This document shows positions 1-10,250 of a DNA stretch of 64,000 nt, in pieces. The stretch's first letter is position 1. Every line of letters starts with the position of its first letter. Source of the stretch: a bacterium (GTDB taxonomy: Bacteria > UBA8248). Location: positions 1,248,001-1,312,000 of the forward strand of contig CBDBEV010000001.1 of NCBI GenBank assembly GCA_965204535.1, in the 5' to 3' direction. The translations under genes were made by a program, and so were the position numbers. The notes under the pieces are model-generated. The model saw only the letters and a list, made by a program, of their open reading frames with translations, was not told the origin of the DNA and made no database searches.

Positions 1-1984
1 AGACGGCCTCGTATTCCTCATCCAGCGCGTTGTTCACCTTGAGCTCGACCGTCAAGTCTTTCACCTTCGATTTTCTCGTCCTGTCGAACATCGAGATACG
101 GTCCTTCACGACGGCCAAAGAGAGCGCCAGGTCCACCCGCGTGAAGCCGGGGTTCACCACCCTCGGGTAGGGCCAGGGTGCGGAGTCGTCGATGTCCCAC
201 CTGTCGCTCACCGTGTTGACGCGCAGGGTCGCTTTCAGCCGCTCGGGGTGGTAGCTGACCGAAGCGCTCCACCACCAGTCCGGGCGTCTTAAGAGTTCTT
301 CTCCCTCCACGTAGCTCGGCGCGCCGAGGCCTCCGGTTTCGAGCGTCTCCGTGTCCATGAGGTTGTAGCTCGCGTGGGCCGAGAAGTCGTGGAAATCGAG
401 TAGCGAGAAGGAGAGTTCCGCGCCCTTGACGCGCGCCTTCTGGATGTTCTCGTAGTTCGTGCCGTTCTCGAAAGGCGTGAACGAATAGGCGATCAGGTCG
501 TCGATATCGTTCACGTAATACGTGGCGCTGAACCTTATCTTGTTACCCGCCAGGAACTGATCGAAACCCGCCTCCCAGCTTTTTTGCCGCTCGCTCTTGA
601 GATTCGGGTTGCCGGGGCCATAGACGTCAAGCAGTTCGGCGAAGGAGGGCCGCTTGACGCCCTCACCCACCGCGCCGCGAATCCGCGCGCCGGTTCCGGG
701 GATTTTATAGGAGGCGGAGAGTTTTCCGGTCGTCTCGTCTTCGCCGACGTCGAAGGTGTCCACCCGCGCTCCGCCCGCGAGGGTGAAGCCGTTTTGGAAC
801 TGAAACTGCTGTTGCGCATAGAAGGAGGTGGCCCGCCTGTCACTGTCGTATTCGCTGTCCCCGAAAGCGGACGCGCTCTTGATGGAGATGTCCTCCGTCT
901 CCCACTCGACGCCGAGCGTGGACACCGACCGGCGAAGCGCGCGGAAGCCCAGTTGCTCCCCCGTGAGCCTCACGTTCACCTGGTTATCGAAGTGAAGCCG
1001 GGTGCCGTCCGTCTCCGTTTTGCTCGCGCTCGGGTCCAGCTCGTCGGGCTTGTTCTCATCGAGCGTGTCTCTCAAATAAACGGAGACGCGCGGGACAAAT
1101 TCGAGCCACGGGGAAAGCTTCAGGTGCGCGCGCGCGCCGATGAGTTGTTCGGTGAGGTCCCTGTATTTGTTGGGTTCGGTGTAGCCCTGGTGAGCGGGAC
1201 CCGGAAGGTCGTAGCGGTTCCGGTTGGCGTGATAGAGAAAACGCACCCGGGCGTTTTCAGACAGGAAATGATCCAGCCCCACCGTCCCCACGGTGCGGTA
1301 GTAGCCGTCGTTGGGAAGATGACCCTCCGTGTCGAGGCGGCTCAGGCTTGCGGCGTATCCGCTCTTCGCCGTTCCGCCCTTCAGCTTGAATGTCTCCTCG
1401 AACGTCTCGAAGCTGCCGCCCCTCGCGCGGACCGTGAAAGAAGGCGCTTCTCCGGGTTTGCCGATGTCCGGAATGAAATTCATGACGCCCGAAGCCGCGT
1501 CCGAACCGTACAGCGGGCTTTGGGGGCCTTTCAGGATTTCGGCTGTGCCCACCCACTCGGGTGACAAGTGCCCGAAGTCGTACGCGCTCCCGTCCGGGAA
1601 GGTGAGCTTGAAGCCGTCGATCATCACGCTGGTGAAGTTGCTCTCGCTCCCTCTCAGGAACAGGCTCGACTGGCCGCCCCGTCCGCTCGTCTGCGGGAGG
1701 ATGACGCCCGCCCCCTCGGTGAGGAAGTCGATCATGTCGCCGGGCTGGAGGCTCTCGATTCTCTCGAGGTCGAACACCTCCACCGAATCGGCCACGTCGC
1801 TCAGCCGCTCGGGCGTGCGCGTCGCCGTGACGGTGATGGGGTCGAGGTAGAGTTCTTCTTCGGCGCTTTGCGCGCCGGCCCGGTCCATTGCGGAGCATAA
1901 GATGAAGGCTGCGGTCAGCAGAATAAGCAGGTTCTGTCTGAGGCGGATGGATGATCGGGTGGGTTTTCCTGCGATGCCTTGCAT
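1..1984 (-). CDS. btuB: TonB-dependent outer-membrane receptor, vitamin B12 (BtuB-like); 3' end runs off the window start
   Basis: Not in the ORF track (no stop inside the window). Read manually from ATG at 1984 (RBS AAGGAGG): signal peptide, TonB box LDPITVTATR, plug motifs LFLRGSESNFTSVMIDG and EILKGPQSPLYGSDAASGVMNFI, and C-terminal VNNALDEEYEAV. Two cobalamin riboswitches lie upstream. Confidence 0.9.
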   Translation of the reverse strand, partial: MQGIAGKPTRSSIRLRQNLLILLTAAFILCSAMDRAGAQSAEEELYLDPITVTATRTPERLSDVADSVEVFDLERIESLQPGDMIDFLTEGAGVILPQTSGRGGQSSLFLRGSESNFTSVMIDGFKLTFPDGSAYDFGHLSPEWVGTAEILKGPQSPLYGSDAASGVMNFIPDIGKPGEAPSFTVRARGGSFETFEETFKLKGGTAKSGYAASLSRLDTEGHLPNDGYYRTVGTVGLDHFLSENARVRFLYHANRNRYDLPGPAHQGYTEPNKYRDLTEQLIGARAHLKLSPWLEFVPRVSVYLRDTLDENKPDELDPSASKTETDGTRLHFDNQVNVRLTGEQLGFRALRRSVSTLGVEWETEDISIKSASAFGDSEYDSDRRATSFYAQQQFQFQNGFTLAGGARVDTFDVGEDETTGKLSASYKIPGTGARIRGAVGEGVKRPSFAELLDVYGPGNPNLKSERQKSWEAGFDQFLAGNKIRFSATYYVNDIDDLIAYSFTPFENGTNYENIQKARVKGAELSFSLLDFHDFSAHASYNLMDTETLETGGLGAPSYVEGEELLRRPDWWWSASVSYHPERLKATLRVNTVSDRWDIDDSAPWPYPRVVNPGFTRVDLALSLAVVKDRISMFDRTRKSKVKDLTVELKVNNALDEEYEAV

Positions 1985-2053
1985 GGTGCGATGCCTCCTT
2001 GAGCGGCCCAAGCGCTCGAAACGGACCCCTTTGCGGGGTCGTGTGGAGATGAT

Positions 2054-2197
2054 GCCGACAGGCCGGTCTTCTGGCTCGCGCCGATGGCCGCCTCCCATTC
2101 CTTCCCGGGTGTATCCCGGTGGACTGCATGAAAGGCGCGTCGCTTACAGCTGCCGGGCAGCTCCGGTTTCGCACCGGATTCCCGTACACCTGCCGGC
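2054..2197 (-). promoter_or_regulatory. Cobalamin riboswitch (proximal)
   Basis: Minus strand reads GGGAATCCGGTGCGAAACCGGAGCTGCCCGGCAGCTGTAAG...CCACCGGG...GGGAAGG...GAGCCAGAAGACCGGCC (B12 box); P1 is GCCGGCAGG/CCTGTCGGC. Confidence 0.9.
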
Positions 2198-2230
2198 TGT
2201 TTCAGCGGCGGATGCTCCGCCGTGCTTATG

Positions 2231-2654
2231 GCTGTTGAAAAAAACCTTCTCTCTCGGAATTCACCCCCCACTGACGCGGCTGCAGACTTCGCCCTTGAAC
2301 ACATTGTCAACCGACTAGAGAGAAGAGAATCACTCCCCCCTTGAGGGTCTGGCTTCCCGAGGGGAAAGCCAGACGAAGAGCTGAGGGCGTAAGCCCGAAA
2401 GCGATTCGGTGGGGGGTATAATTCGGACTGGCGATAAAACGCATTTTACCCCCCACCGATTCAGCCTTCGCACAAACCGCTCGGCTTCATCGACTCCCCC
2501 TCAAGGGGGGAGTGAACTTCAAAAACGTGCGCTCAACCAAAATCACTCCACGGGTCTTTTTCAACACACCCCTCAAGGGGGGAATAAATTCTCCTCCCTC
2601 CCCGGTCGGCTGTATACGCCGAATCACGAAAGAAAGCCTTTCTCAACAACTCCC
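2231..2654. mobile_element. MITE-like composite repeat inserted between the two riboswitches
   Basis: Ends GCTGTTGAAAAA ... TTTCTCAACAACTCCC, flanked by direct repeat GCTTATG (2224-2230, 2655-2661). The internal CACTCCCCCCTTGAGGG...CCCCCTCAAGGGGGGAGTG module is shared with 4763-4932. Confidence 0.7.
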
Positions 2655-2786
2655 GCTTATGACGAAAGAACAGGCGCGCGCCCGCGTGGGGCACGCGCTC
2701 CGGATGTTGCTCTCGACTTGGTGTGTGAAGATGCGCAAGATACCACCCACCTCCCGTTCCGCGAGGACGTGACGGGTCAAAAGGTT

Positions 2787-2948
2787 GCCGCAGGTCGGTC
2801 TCCTGGCTTCCGGATCAGCCTACTCACGGCCCCTTCCCGGCGTGGTGCGCCAGTGGTTTCGGCCGCTTTCGTCCCCGGTCACAGTGGCGGGTCCGCGCCG
2901 GATTCTCACCGGCTTCCCGGGCTTTCACCGAGAAAGCCCACCTGCGAC
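2787..2948 (-). promoter_or_regulatory. Cobalamin riboswitch (distal)
   Basis: Minus strand reads AGGT...GGGAAGCCGGTGAGAATCCGGCGCGGACCCGCCACTGTGA...ACCACTGGCG...GGGAAGG...AAGCCAGGAGACCGACC; P1 is GTCGCAGG/CCTGCGGC. Confidence 0.93.
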
Positions 2949-3009
2949 AGGTCGGAACAAATGCTTTCCAGCTACAAAATCAGCGCGCTGCGATGGCCGG
3001 TATCAGATA

Positions 3010-3513
3010 TCAGACCGCCTCGTACTTGTCGCGCGTGATGGTGTCGAGATCGATGCCTTCGATGCGGACGAGGCGCGTCTCCCCCTCGCGCTTGGGCGAG
3101 TGGAATTCGCCCACGTCGTAGGCCTTCGAGAGGCCCGGCGTGAGGTCGTAGCTCCGCACGGCGCGCACCTTGCCCGGTGCTGCGCCGTTGGGCCGCTCGA
3201 CGAGCTCGTAGTCCGTCATCGTGGTGGTGCCCACCGCCTGTCCGTAGATGGCCCAGGATTCGCCGTGGTCGTGCGGGGAACTTCCGGTCACGCCCTTGTG
3301 AACGTGGGCGAAGATGCAAAAGCCGAGCTCGGGGTCCTTGTAGAGGATCTGGCGGGGGGAGTCGTTGTCCGGCCCGAGGTGCTCCTGCACGAACTCCTCT
3401 TGCACCAGGACTTTCTCGAGTGCGTCGCTCACCTTCTGGAGACCCGCCTTGCTGGAATCGGCTTTCAGAATGTCGTGGCATTCGGCTGCGAATTTATCGA
3501 GGATTTCACCCAT
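3010..3513 (-). CDS. Cupin-fold protein, cysteine-dioxygenase-like
   Basis: C-terminal part of ORF 3010..4197 starting MGEILDK after RBS AAGGAG; motif SSPHDHGESWAIYG...EFHSP. Confidence 0.75.
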   Translation of the reverse strand: MGEILDKFAAECHDILKADSSKAGLQKVSDALEKVLVQEEFVQEHLGPDNDSPRQILYKDPELGFCIFAHVHKGVTGSSPHDHGESWAIYGQAVGTTTMTDYELVERPNGAAPGKVRAVRSYDLTPGLSKAYDVGEFHSPKREGETRLVRIEGIDLDTITRDKYEAV

Positions 3514-3678
3514 CGTTCGCTCTCCTTGTGTTTGAGAGGTTGATTTTCCATTCATTCTAACGGCAGCCCGCGTCTTTTGCAAAACGATTGAGAGGGGAGC
3601 GTGCTTTTCGCGTATTCGGTGTATGATGCGGGAATATCCCGAAGCAGCATCAGGCGAACTCCCACAAGGGGCTTTTGG

Positions 3679-4455
3679 GTGGATACGTCGAAGCAGCGAA
3701 ACATCGAGACCTTCACGCGGATGGCGGAGACCTACGGCGGCTATTACAGCGACGCGGAGCAGGCGCGCCTGGGTGCGATGGCCGAGCGGGTCGGCTTCGG
3801 CGAAGGTTCCTGGCTGGTCGATTTCGGGATGGGCACGGGCACTTCCGCGCGGCCTTTTCTGGCGGCCGGCGGGAACGTCGTGGGGCTGGACCTCACGCCC
3901 GCGATGGCCAAGAGAGGGCGCGAACGCCTGCGCGAGTGGGGTCTGGAAGCGAACGCCCGCTACGTCATGGCGAACGCGCACGACGCGCCCCTCGCGGCGG
4001 GGAAGGCCGACGCCGCCATCTGCCGCCACACGTTTCATCATCTCGAAGACCCCCAAAAAGTTTTCAGTGAGATGGCCCGCGCCGTCCGTCCCGGCGGCCA
4101 CGTCTTCCTGATCGACTACCACTATCCCGATGAGGAAGAAGAGCGCGAGAAGATAGAAGAACTCGACCGGGTGCGGGAGCCGACCATCACGCGGCATCTG
4201 TCCGGAAAGGAGATGGAAGGTTTATTTATCGAGGAAGGAATCCGGGTCGAGGAGAAAGTGGTCGACAGGACGGACACGCCGTTCGACGAGTGGATGGACC
4301 TCGCCAAGACCTCGCCCGATGTGTTCCCGAAACTGAGAGCCGCCTTCGAGCGCCTGCGCGATCAGGGCGGAAGCTGGTATGAGGAAAGCGGCGCGGGGGC
4401 GGAATTCTCCGTCATCAGGAAACGCCTGACCATCCTGGGCCAAAAACCGGGTTGA
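3679..4455 (+). CDS. Class I SAM-dependent methyltransferase (UbiE/type 11-like)
   Basis: LVDFGMGTG motif I, GLDLTPAM, FHHLEDP...EMARAVRPGG; start codon uncertain. Confidence 0.85.
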   Translation: MDTSKQRNIETFTRMAETYGGYYSDAEQARLGAMAERVGFGEGSWLVDFGMGTGTSARPFLAAGGNVVGLDLTPAMAKRGRERLREWGLEANARYVMANAHDAPLAAGKADAAICRHTFHHLEDPQKVFSEMARAVRPGGHVFLIDYHYPDEEEEREKIEELDRVREPTITRHLSGKEMEGLFIEEGIRVEEKVVDRTDTPFDEWMDLAKTSPDVFPKLRAAFERLRDQGGSWYEESGAGAEFSVIRKRLTILGQKPG

Positions 4456-4535
4456 GTTTCACTTCACTAAATCTCCTGCCGCGGGCCTGATGCCTCCTGT
4501 GTAACCCGCCTCATTCTACGAACCCTGAGTAGCCC

Positions 4536-5340
4536 TCCTCATCCCCCTCACCCTGAGTAGCTGCGAAGCAGCGTATCGAAGAGCAAACGCGATTGATGAA
4601 TGAGTGTTTGAAGCGATTGATGAGGGTTGTTGAAAAAGCCCCCCTCCTCAAGGGACAAAGGCACCCCCCTACCCCCCCTTGTCAGGGGGGTAAAAAAACC
4701 CGATGAGCGAGCAAGATACACTCCCACCTTGAGGAAAGTTGGCGACGGGGTAGAGAAGAGATTCACTCCCCTTGAGGGTCGGGCTTCCCGAGTGGAAAGC
4801 CCGACGAAGAGGCCGAGCGGTTTATGCGAAGGCCGATTCGGTGGGGGGAGCTGCCACAGAAAAACTCCCCCCACCGGTTCGGTTTCGGGCAAAATCCCCC
4901 TCACCTCACCGACTCCCCCTCAAGGGGGGAGTTGATTGTATATCCCGCGCATGAAGGGATGACCCTCAAGGGGGGAGTTGATTCTTTTTTGCGGGGGTTG
5001 CTTTTTTATACCCCCCTGACAAGGGGGGGGTAGGGGGGGGTGGTTTTCAAGGCGAGAGCTTGCGCCGCCGCCCGGTTTCGAGTTTTGGCCGTCATTCCGG
5101 CCTTCGCCGGAATGACGAACAAAATCGCAAGAGCTGCAGGGACAGGCCCCCGTGCCTGTCCGATGCCCTGTTCTACAAGGGACAACCACAGGGGGCAGGA
5201 CAACCCCTTTAGGTTGTCCTGCTACAAATGACCAGCTCCATACGCCGAATCGCGAAAACGAGACTTTTTCAACAACCCCTTATCGTTCGGGTTCGTGCCC
5301 TCGATACGGCGCACAAGCGCGCCTACTCGGGATGAAGGGG
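4536..5340. repeat. Nested mosaic of palindromic repeats and MITE-like modules
   Basis: Outer inverted pair CCTGAGTAG...CGTATCGAAG (about 4552-4581) / CCCTCGATACG...CTACTCGGGATGA (about 5298-5335). Inner GGGTTGTTGAAAAA (4624) ... TTTTTCAACAACCCC (5279). Also CCCCCCTTGTCAGGGGGG and CCCCCTCAAGGGGGGAG modules, a CGTC-type REP at 5090-5117 and GGGACAGG-type REPs. Confidence 0.85.
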
Positions 5341-5356
5341 GTGTTTGTCGTCCTCC

Positions 5357-7051
5357 TCAAAGCTCCTGTGGCGGCGGGCTGCCCAGTGGAGCGGGTTTTA
5401 CGATAGCGTCAATGAGGCAGGGTTTGTCGCTTCGGGCGGCTTCTGCGAGGCGCGCCTCCAGCTCATCCGGCGAATGGACGCGCGCGGCCTCCACGCCCAT
5501 CGATTCGGCCAGCTTGATGAAGTCGAGGCTCGGTTCCGTCAGGTCCATGCCGACGAAGCGGTGAAACTCTTTCGCCTTGCCGTCGAGCGCCAGCACGCGC
5601 CCTTTCAGGATGTGGTAGGCCCCGTTGTTCGCGATGACGAATATCGCGCCGATACCGTATTTCGCCGCCGTCCAGAGGGTCTGGTTGGAGTACATGGCCG
5701 AGCCGTCGCCCGAGAGGCAGATGACGGGGCGGTCCGGCGTCGCTATCTTGGCGCCCAGCGCCATGGGCAGGCCGTTCCCGATGCCGCCGCCTTTCCTGCC
5801 GAAAATCTGGGAGGCCGTGCGCCCCACCGCGCGCCGGAAGCCGGGCCCGGCGGAGGTGAGCGCCTCGTCCACCCAGACGGCGCCCTCGGGCGCGCCCGCG
5901 CCGAGAGCGCGGTGAAAGGCGGGAAGGGACATGCCTTCGGTATAATCGCTTTGCTCTGCCGGGGGCGGGGCGGCCTCGCGCGCGCTCTGGTTTTCCGCCG
6001 CGATTTGCTCCGCGCGCGCTTTCGCCCCCGCGGCTTCATCCGCCGTCTGCGCGCTCGCCACGGCTCCCGTCAAAACGGGAAGGGTGGTTTTCGGGTCTCC
6101 GTAGAGTGCGGCGTCCAGGCCGAAGTTCTTGCCCATCTCCCATGCGTTGAGATCCAGATGAACGACCCGGCAGCTTTCGGGCAGCGGGCGCACGTCGGCG
6201 GGATATGAGAACAGGAATACCTCCGTGCCTGCCATGAACACCAGATCGTGCTCCGCGAGGCGCTCCCGCAAGGGTCTGGCGAGGATGGGCAGTTTTCCCG
6301 CGTAGAGCGGGTGCGCCATGGGATACGTGATCAGGTTGGCGAAGTTCTCCTCGAACGCCTTGGCGCCGATTTGCTCGGCGAATGCCGCCAGCTCGTCCAG
6401 CGCGCCCGAGTGCGCGACGCCCGCGCCCGAGACGATACAGGGCCGCTCGGCTTTCGCGATGAGCGCGGCCGCCGCCTCGACCGATTCCGCCGATGCGGCG
6501 AAGCGCGTATGGATGCGCGTGGGTTTCTCCTGGAGGCCGGAGGCGGGGCTGAGCATGACGTCGCCGGGCAGGGAGAGGAACACGGGCCCCGTCGGCGGCG
6601 TCATGGACACCTTGACGGCGCGGCGCACGGCCTGCTCCAGATCCTCGACGCGGCGCACCTCATACGACCACTTGACGAGCGGCTCCGCCATGCGCGCGAG
6701 ATCGTCATGGAGGATGATTTCCTGAAAATGTCCGCTCTGGGGCTGGTTCCCGGCGGTGACGAGCATGGGCGCGCCCGAGCGCTTGGCGTTGTAGAGAAGC
6801 CCCATCGCGTTGCCGAGGCCGGGGGCGACGTGGAGGTTGATGGCGGCGGGCCTACCGGTGCTGAGGCCGTATCCCTCCGCCGCCGAGATCGCCACGCCCT
6901 CGTGCAGCGTGAGGATGAACTCGAGCCTCTCCTCGTTCACGAGCGCGTCCATGAGGGGAAGTTCCGTCGTGCCCGGGTTTCCGAACAGGTGCGTCACGCC
7001 CTCATCGAGCAGGGTTTCGAGCAGCAAGGATGCGCCGTTTGCGTTTCTCAT
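5357..7051 (-). CDS. Thiamine-pyrophosphate-dependent enzyme, benzoylformate decarboxylase-like
   Basis: FGNPGTTELP, LHVAPGLGNAMG, TPP motif GDGSAMY...NNGAY. Confidence 0.9.
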   Translation of the reverse strand: MRNANGASLLLETLLDEGVTHLFGNPGTTELPLMDALVNEERLEFILTLHEGVAISAAEGYGLSTGRPAAINLHVAPGLGNAMGLLYNAKRSGAPMLVTAGNQPQSGHFQEIILHDDLARMAEPLVKWSYEVRRVEDLEQAVRRAVKVSMTPPTGPVFLSLPGDVMLSPASGLQEKPTRIHTRFAASAESVEAAAALIAKAERPCIVSGAGVAHSGALDELAAFAEQIGAKAFEENFANLITYPMAHPLYAGKLPILARPLRERLAEHDLVFMAGTEVFLFSYPADVRPLPESCRVVHLDLNAWEMGKNFGLDAALYGDPKTTLPVLTGAVASAQTADEAAGAKARAEQIAAENQSAREAAPPPAEQSDYTEGMSLPAFHRALGAGAPEGAVWVDEALTSAGPGFRRAVGRTASQIFGRKGGGIGNGLPMALGAKIATPDRPVICLSGDGSAMYSNQTLWTAAKYGIGAIFVIANNGAYHILKGRVLALDGKAKEFHRFVGMDLTEPSLDFIKLAESMGVEAARVHSPDELEARLAEAARSDKPCLIDAIVKPAPLGSPPPQEL

Positions 7052-7088
7052 CTTTCTGGCCTCTGGGTAGTCGTGGGAAAGGTAAGGA

Positions 7089-7826
7089 TTAGTGGAAGTA
7101 ATTGCCGCCGTTCACCAAGAGGGTCTGGCCGGTGACGTAGGCGTTTCGGAGCATCATCATGACGGCGTCGACCGTCTCCTCCACCGTTCCGTACCGCGCC
7201 ATCGGCGTATTCGGCGTAGAACCGCGCAGGTCCTGTGTCGTCATGTCGGTGTCGATGATGGCGGGCGCCACGCTGTTCACCGTGACGCCTTCTTTCACGA
7301 GGGCGGCGGCGTAGCCGTGGGTGAGGCCGTGCATGCCCGCCTTCGAAGCCGCGTAGTGCGGCCCGACGCGTCCGCCCGTGAAGGCGGCGTTCGATGAGAC
7401 GTTGACGATTCTCCCCCACCGCGCCGCCCGCATGTCGGGCAGGACGGCCTGCGTGAGCAGAAACGCGGATTTGAGATTCACGGCGAGCGTGGCGTCCCAG
7501 TCCGATTCGGTGAGTTCGTCGAAAGGTTTCGTGATGGCGATCCCTGCGTTGTTCACGAGGATCGAGACGGGGCCGAAGCGTTTTCTCGTTTCCTCCACCA
7601 GGCGGCGCGCGTCTTCGGCCTGCGATACGTCCGCCTGGAAGATGAAGGCCGCACCGCCCGCGTCTTCTATCTGGCGGCGGGTCTCCTCCGCCTCGTCCGT
7701 GCGCTCGCGGTAGTTCACCGCCACGCGGCAGCCCGCGCTCCCCAGGGCCAGCGCGCATCCGCGCCCGATGCCCCGGCTCGCGCCGGTGACGATACAGGTT
7801 TTTCCTTTCATAAGGTCTGGCGACAA
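7089..7826 (-). CDS. Short-chain dehydrogenase/reductase (FabG-like)
   Basis: TGASRGIG, NNAG, YAASK. Confidence 0.92.
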   Translation of the reverse strand: MSPDLMKGKTCIVTGASRGIGRGCALALGSAGCRVAVNYRERTDEAEETRRQIEDAGGAAFIFQADVSQAEDARRLVEETRKRFGPVSILVNNAGIAITKPFDELTESDWDATLAVNLKSAFLLTQAVLPDMRAARWGRIVNVSSNAAFTGGRVGPHYAASKAGMHGLTHGYAAALVKEGVTVNSVAPAIIDTDMTTQDLRGSTPNTPMARYGTVEETVDAVMMMLRNAYVTGQTLLVNGGNYFH

Positions 7827-7937
7827 CGGCGCGCCTCCCCGGAGTGTGAAAGCCCCATCCTAATTCATCCGCCCTGATAAGGGCAGTCGCGGCGCGGAAT
7901 TTTATCGTTTCGGGGCCGTGGTGGTATATTGAGCGCT

Positions 7938-8954
7938 ATGAGCGGAGACAACATTCGTTTGGCTTGCGTCGGTCTGGGCCGCTGGGCCGGCGTGCTGGCG
8001 GAGGGGGTCCGGAAAACGCCGGGGCTTCGAATCGCCGCCTGCCATACGAGGTCGGACGAGCGCAAGGAAGCTTTCGCCGAAAAATACGGTTGCAGGCCCT
8101 GTCCCGATTATGCGGCCATACTCGAAGACCCGGATATCGACGCCGTCCTCCTCACCACACCCCACAGCGCGCATAGGGATCAGGTCTGCGCGGCGGCCCG
8201 CGCCGGGAAGCACGTGTTTGTCGAAAAGCCGATCGCCGTCACGCTCGATGACGCCCGCGCCTGCGTGGAAGCGTGTCAGAGCGCGGGCGTCGTCTTGATG
8301 GTCGGGCATTGCTGGCGCTGGGTGGCGTCGGTCCAGAAGGCGAAGGCGCTAATGGATGAAGGCGCCCTCGGCGAGGTGACGCAGGCGGCGGGGCATTTCG
8401 GCAACCCGCGCGCCCGCAACTACGGCAGGGAAATCTGGCGCGACGACCCGGAAGAATCCCCTCTCGGGCCGTTCACGGGGCCGGGGTTTCACCTTCTGGA
8501 TATCCTGAAGTACCTCCTGGGGCCGGTCGAGGAAGCATTCGCCGTACTGGAGCGGAAGATGGCGTCGGGGCGGATACCGGACACCGCTTCGGGCGCGCTC
8601 CGGTTCGCCTCAGGCGTAACCACACAGGTGAGTTCGAGCTTCGTGACGCCGCGCCGCTACCAGCTTTCCCTGTTCGGCACCGAGGCGAATCTCTACGTGA
8701 ACGCGGACCCGGGGGGCGGAACGCCCGCAGCACCCGCCCTCGTCATCCACAGGCGGGGCGAAGAGGCGCCGGAGGTCCTCGCGGTCGAGAAGACCGACAT
8801 GATCGCCCGACACATGGCATCTTTCGTGGACAGCGTCCGCGGTGATGCGCCCCCGTTCACCGACGGGCGGGAGGGAGCCTCCCTCGTCGCGCTGCTCTGC
8901 GCCATGCTCGCCTCATCGAAGGCGGGGGGATGGGCGCAAGTGGAAACGCCTTGA
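7938..8954 (+). CDS. Gfo/Idh/MocA family oxidoreductase
   Basis: VGLGRWA, AGKHVFVEKP. Confidence 0.9.
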   Translation: MSGDNIRLACVGLGRWAGVLAEGVRKTPGLRIAACHTRSDERKEAFAEKYGCRPCPDYAAILEDPDIDAVLLTTPHSAHRDQVCAAARAGKHVFVEKPIAVTLDDARACVEACQSAGVVLMVGHCWRWVASVQKAKALMDEGALGEVTQAAGHFGNPRARNYGREIWRDDPEESPLGPFTGPGFHLLDILKYLLGPVEEAFAVLERKMASGRIPDTASGALRFASGVTTQVSSSFVTPRRYQLSLFGTEANLYVNADPGGGTPAAPALVIHRRGEEAPEVLAVEKTDMIARHMASFVDSVRGDAPPFTDGREGASLVALLCAMLASSKAGGWAQVETP

Positions 8955-8996
8955 GGGTATCAGGCAGCATAGGATTTTATTGCCCGCCTCAAGAAA

Positions 8997-9881
8997 TCAT
9001 TTCCCCCACACGACGGCCCATGCGCCCAGCACCGAGCAGGCACCGCCGATGATGACCTGCGCGCTCACGCACTCCTGTTTCCGGAAGAACAGCCAGGAGA
9101 AGAGGATGACGATCAGGATCGAGAGCCGGTTGATGGGCACGACCTGAATGACCTCGCCGTCCTTGATCGCCCACCAGAAGAAGAACGCGGCCAGAAAGTT
9201 GCATATCGCGCCCAAGGCTGTGATTGTAAGTGAATGGCGGGTGAAGGGGCTGCTTTTCATCTGGAGCGCCGGGAAGAAAAAAGCGCTCGCGAGCAGGAGC
9301 GTGAGGGTCGTCATGTTCGAGACGCCCATCCCGAGCGTGACCGAGGGAATGTGGACGAAGCCGTATTTCCTCACGATGTGGGAGATGCTCGCAAACGCAG
9401 CGCCCGCCACGGGAATGAGGTAGTAGGTGAGGGGGATGCGTCTCTGGGTGGCTTTCCTGTCGTAAAGGAGCAGGACGCCGCCCGCCATGATGCCGAGCGT
9501 TCCCAGCGTCACGAGGGGGGTGAGCCTCTCGCCCAGCAGAATCACGGCCAGTCCCGAGGACCAGACGAGGCCCGTCTGCGTCAGGATGGGCGTGCGGGCG
9601 AGCCCCACGAGCTTGATGGATATCATCCCCATGTAGCGCCCGCCCAGCCCGCCGACGGTCCCCACGAGAACGAACCACAGGATTCCGTAGAGCGGCCAGT
9701 GGTCGAGTCCCTCGCCCGCCGCATAGAGGCCGAGCGCGAAGATGGTGGTGATGATGGTCGCGATCACCGTCGTCACGAGCGGGCTCAGGCTCATGAGCGC
9801 GCCCCGGTAGAGCGTCCTGGCGACCGAGATGAAAAACGCCGAGAGAAGCGCCATCAGGTTGGGATGAAGAGAGTCGAGCAA
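8997..9881 (-). CDS. DMT/EamA family transporter
   Basis: About 10 hydrophobic helices in two EamA repeats (LLGERLT, FFRKQE). Confidence 0.85.
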   Translation of the reverse strand: MLDSLHPNLMALLSAFFISVARTLYRGALMSLSPLVTTVIATIITTIFALGLYAAGEGLDHWPLYGILWFVLVGTVGGLGGRYMGMISIKLVGLARTPILTQTGLVWSSGLAVILLGERLTPLVTLGTLGIMAGGVLLLYDRKATQRRIPLTYYLIPVAGAAFASISHIVRKYGFVHIPSVTLGMGVSNMTTLTLLLASAFFFPALQMKSSPFTRHSLTITALGAICNFLAAFFFWWAIKDGEVIQVVPINRLSILIVILFSWLFFRKQECVSAQVIIGGACSVLGAWAVVWGK

Positions 9882-9963
9882 GCGTAAAACCCAGGGTAAG
9901 AGAAAGCGCCATTATCCACCGGCGTTGAGGGCGGGGCAAGGTGTGGGCGGTAACGAGTGGGTT

Positions 9964-10247
9964 CGGACAGGCACGGGGGCCTGTCCCTACGGTGAATGTG
10001 ATCTTTTTCGTCATTCCGGTGTCAATACCGACTGATAAAGGAGGGATTGACGGAATCCAGGGAATTTATTTTTCGCCTTTGATTTTTTCCGCCGTTACCA
10101 CCCAATCAAAAAAGGAGGAAATGCCGCGTGATATTCGTGCTTATCGGTTCTGGATTCCGGCATTCGCCGGAATGACGGCTGTCTGAGGTTATTCAATAAA
10201 GAAGCGAGATTTGCCACCCGTAGGGACAGGTCGCGACCGGTCCCTGC
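9964..10247. repeat. Cluster of GTAG- and CGTC-type REP palindromes
   Basis: GGACAGGCACGGGGGCCTGTCCCTAC (9965-9990), CGTCATTCCG...GGAATCCAG (10009-10060), CTGGATTCCGGCATTCGCCGGAATGACG (10150-10177), GTAGGGACAGGTCGCGACCGGTCCCTGC (10220-10247). Confidence 0.85.
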
Positions 10248-10250
10248 AGG

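Noticed and set aside
584-2189. Long ORFs 584..1564 (+), 1329..1850 (+) and 1257..2189 (-)
   Set aside because: Antisense or off-frame shadows of the TonB receptor gene, typical of GC-rich DNA.
4548-5231. Short ORFs within repeat mosaics (also near 14925-15279, 19511-19890 and 62678-63190)
   Set aside because: They are translations of palindromic repeats (PPLVRG, PPQGG, WIPAFAGMT), a common source of spurious annotations.
4536-5340. Possible CRISPR array in repeat-rich intergenic DNA
   Set aside because: Repeats are palindromic modules of mixed families without constant repeat-spacer periodicity, and no cas genes are present.
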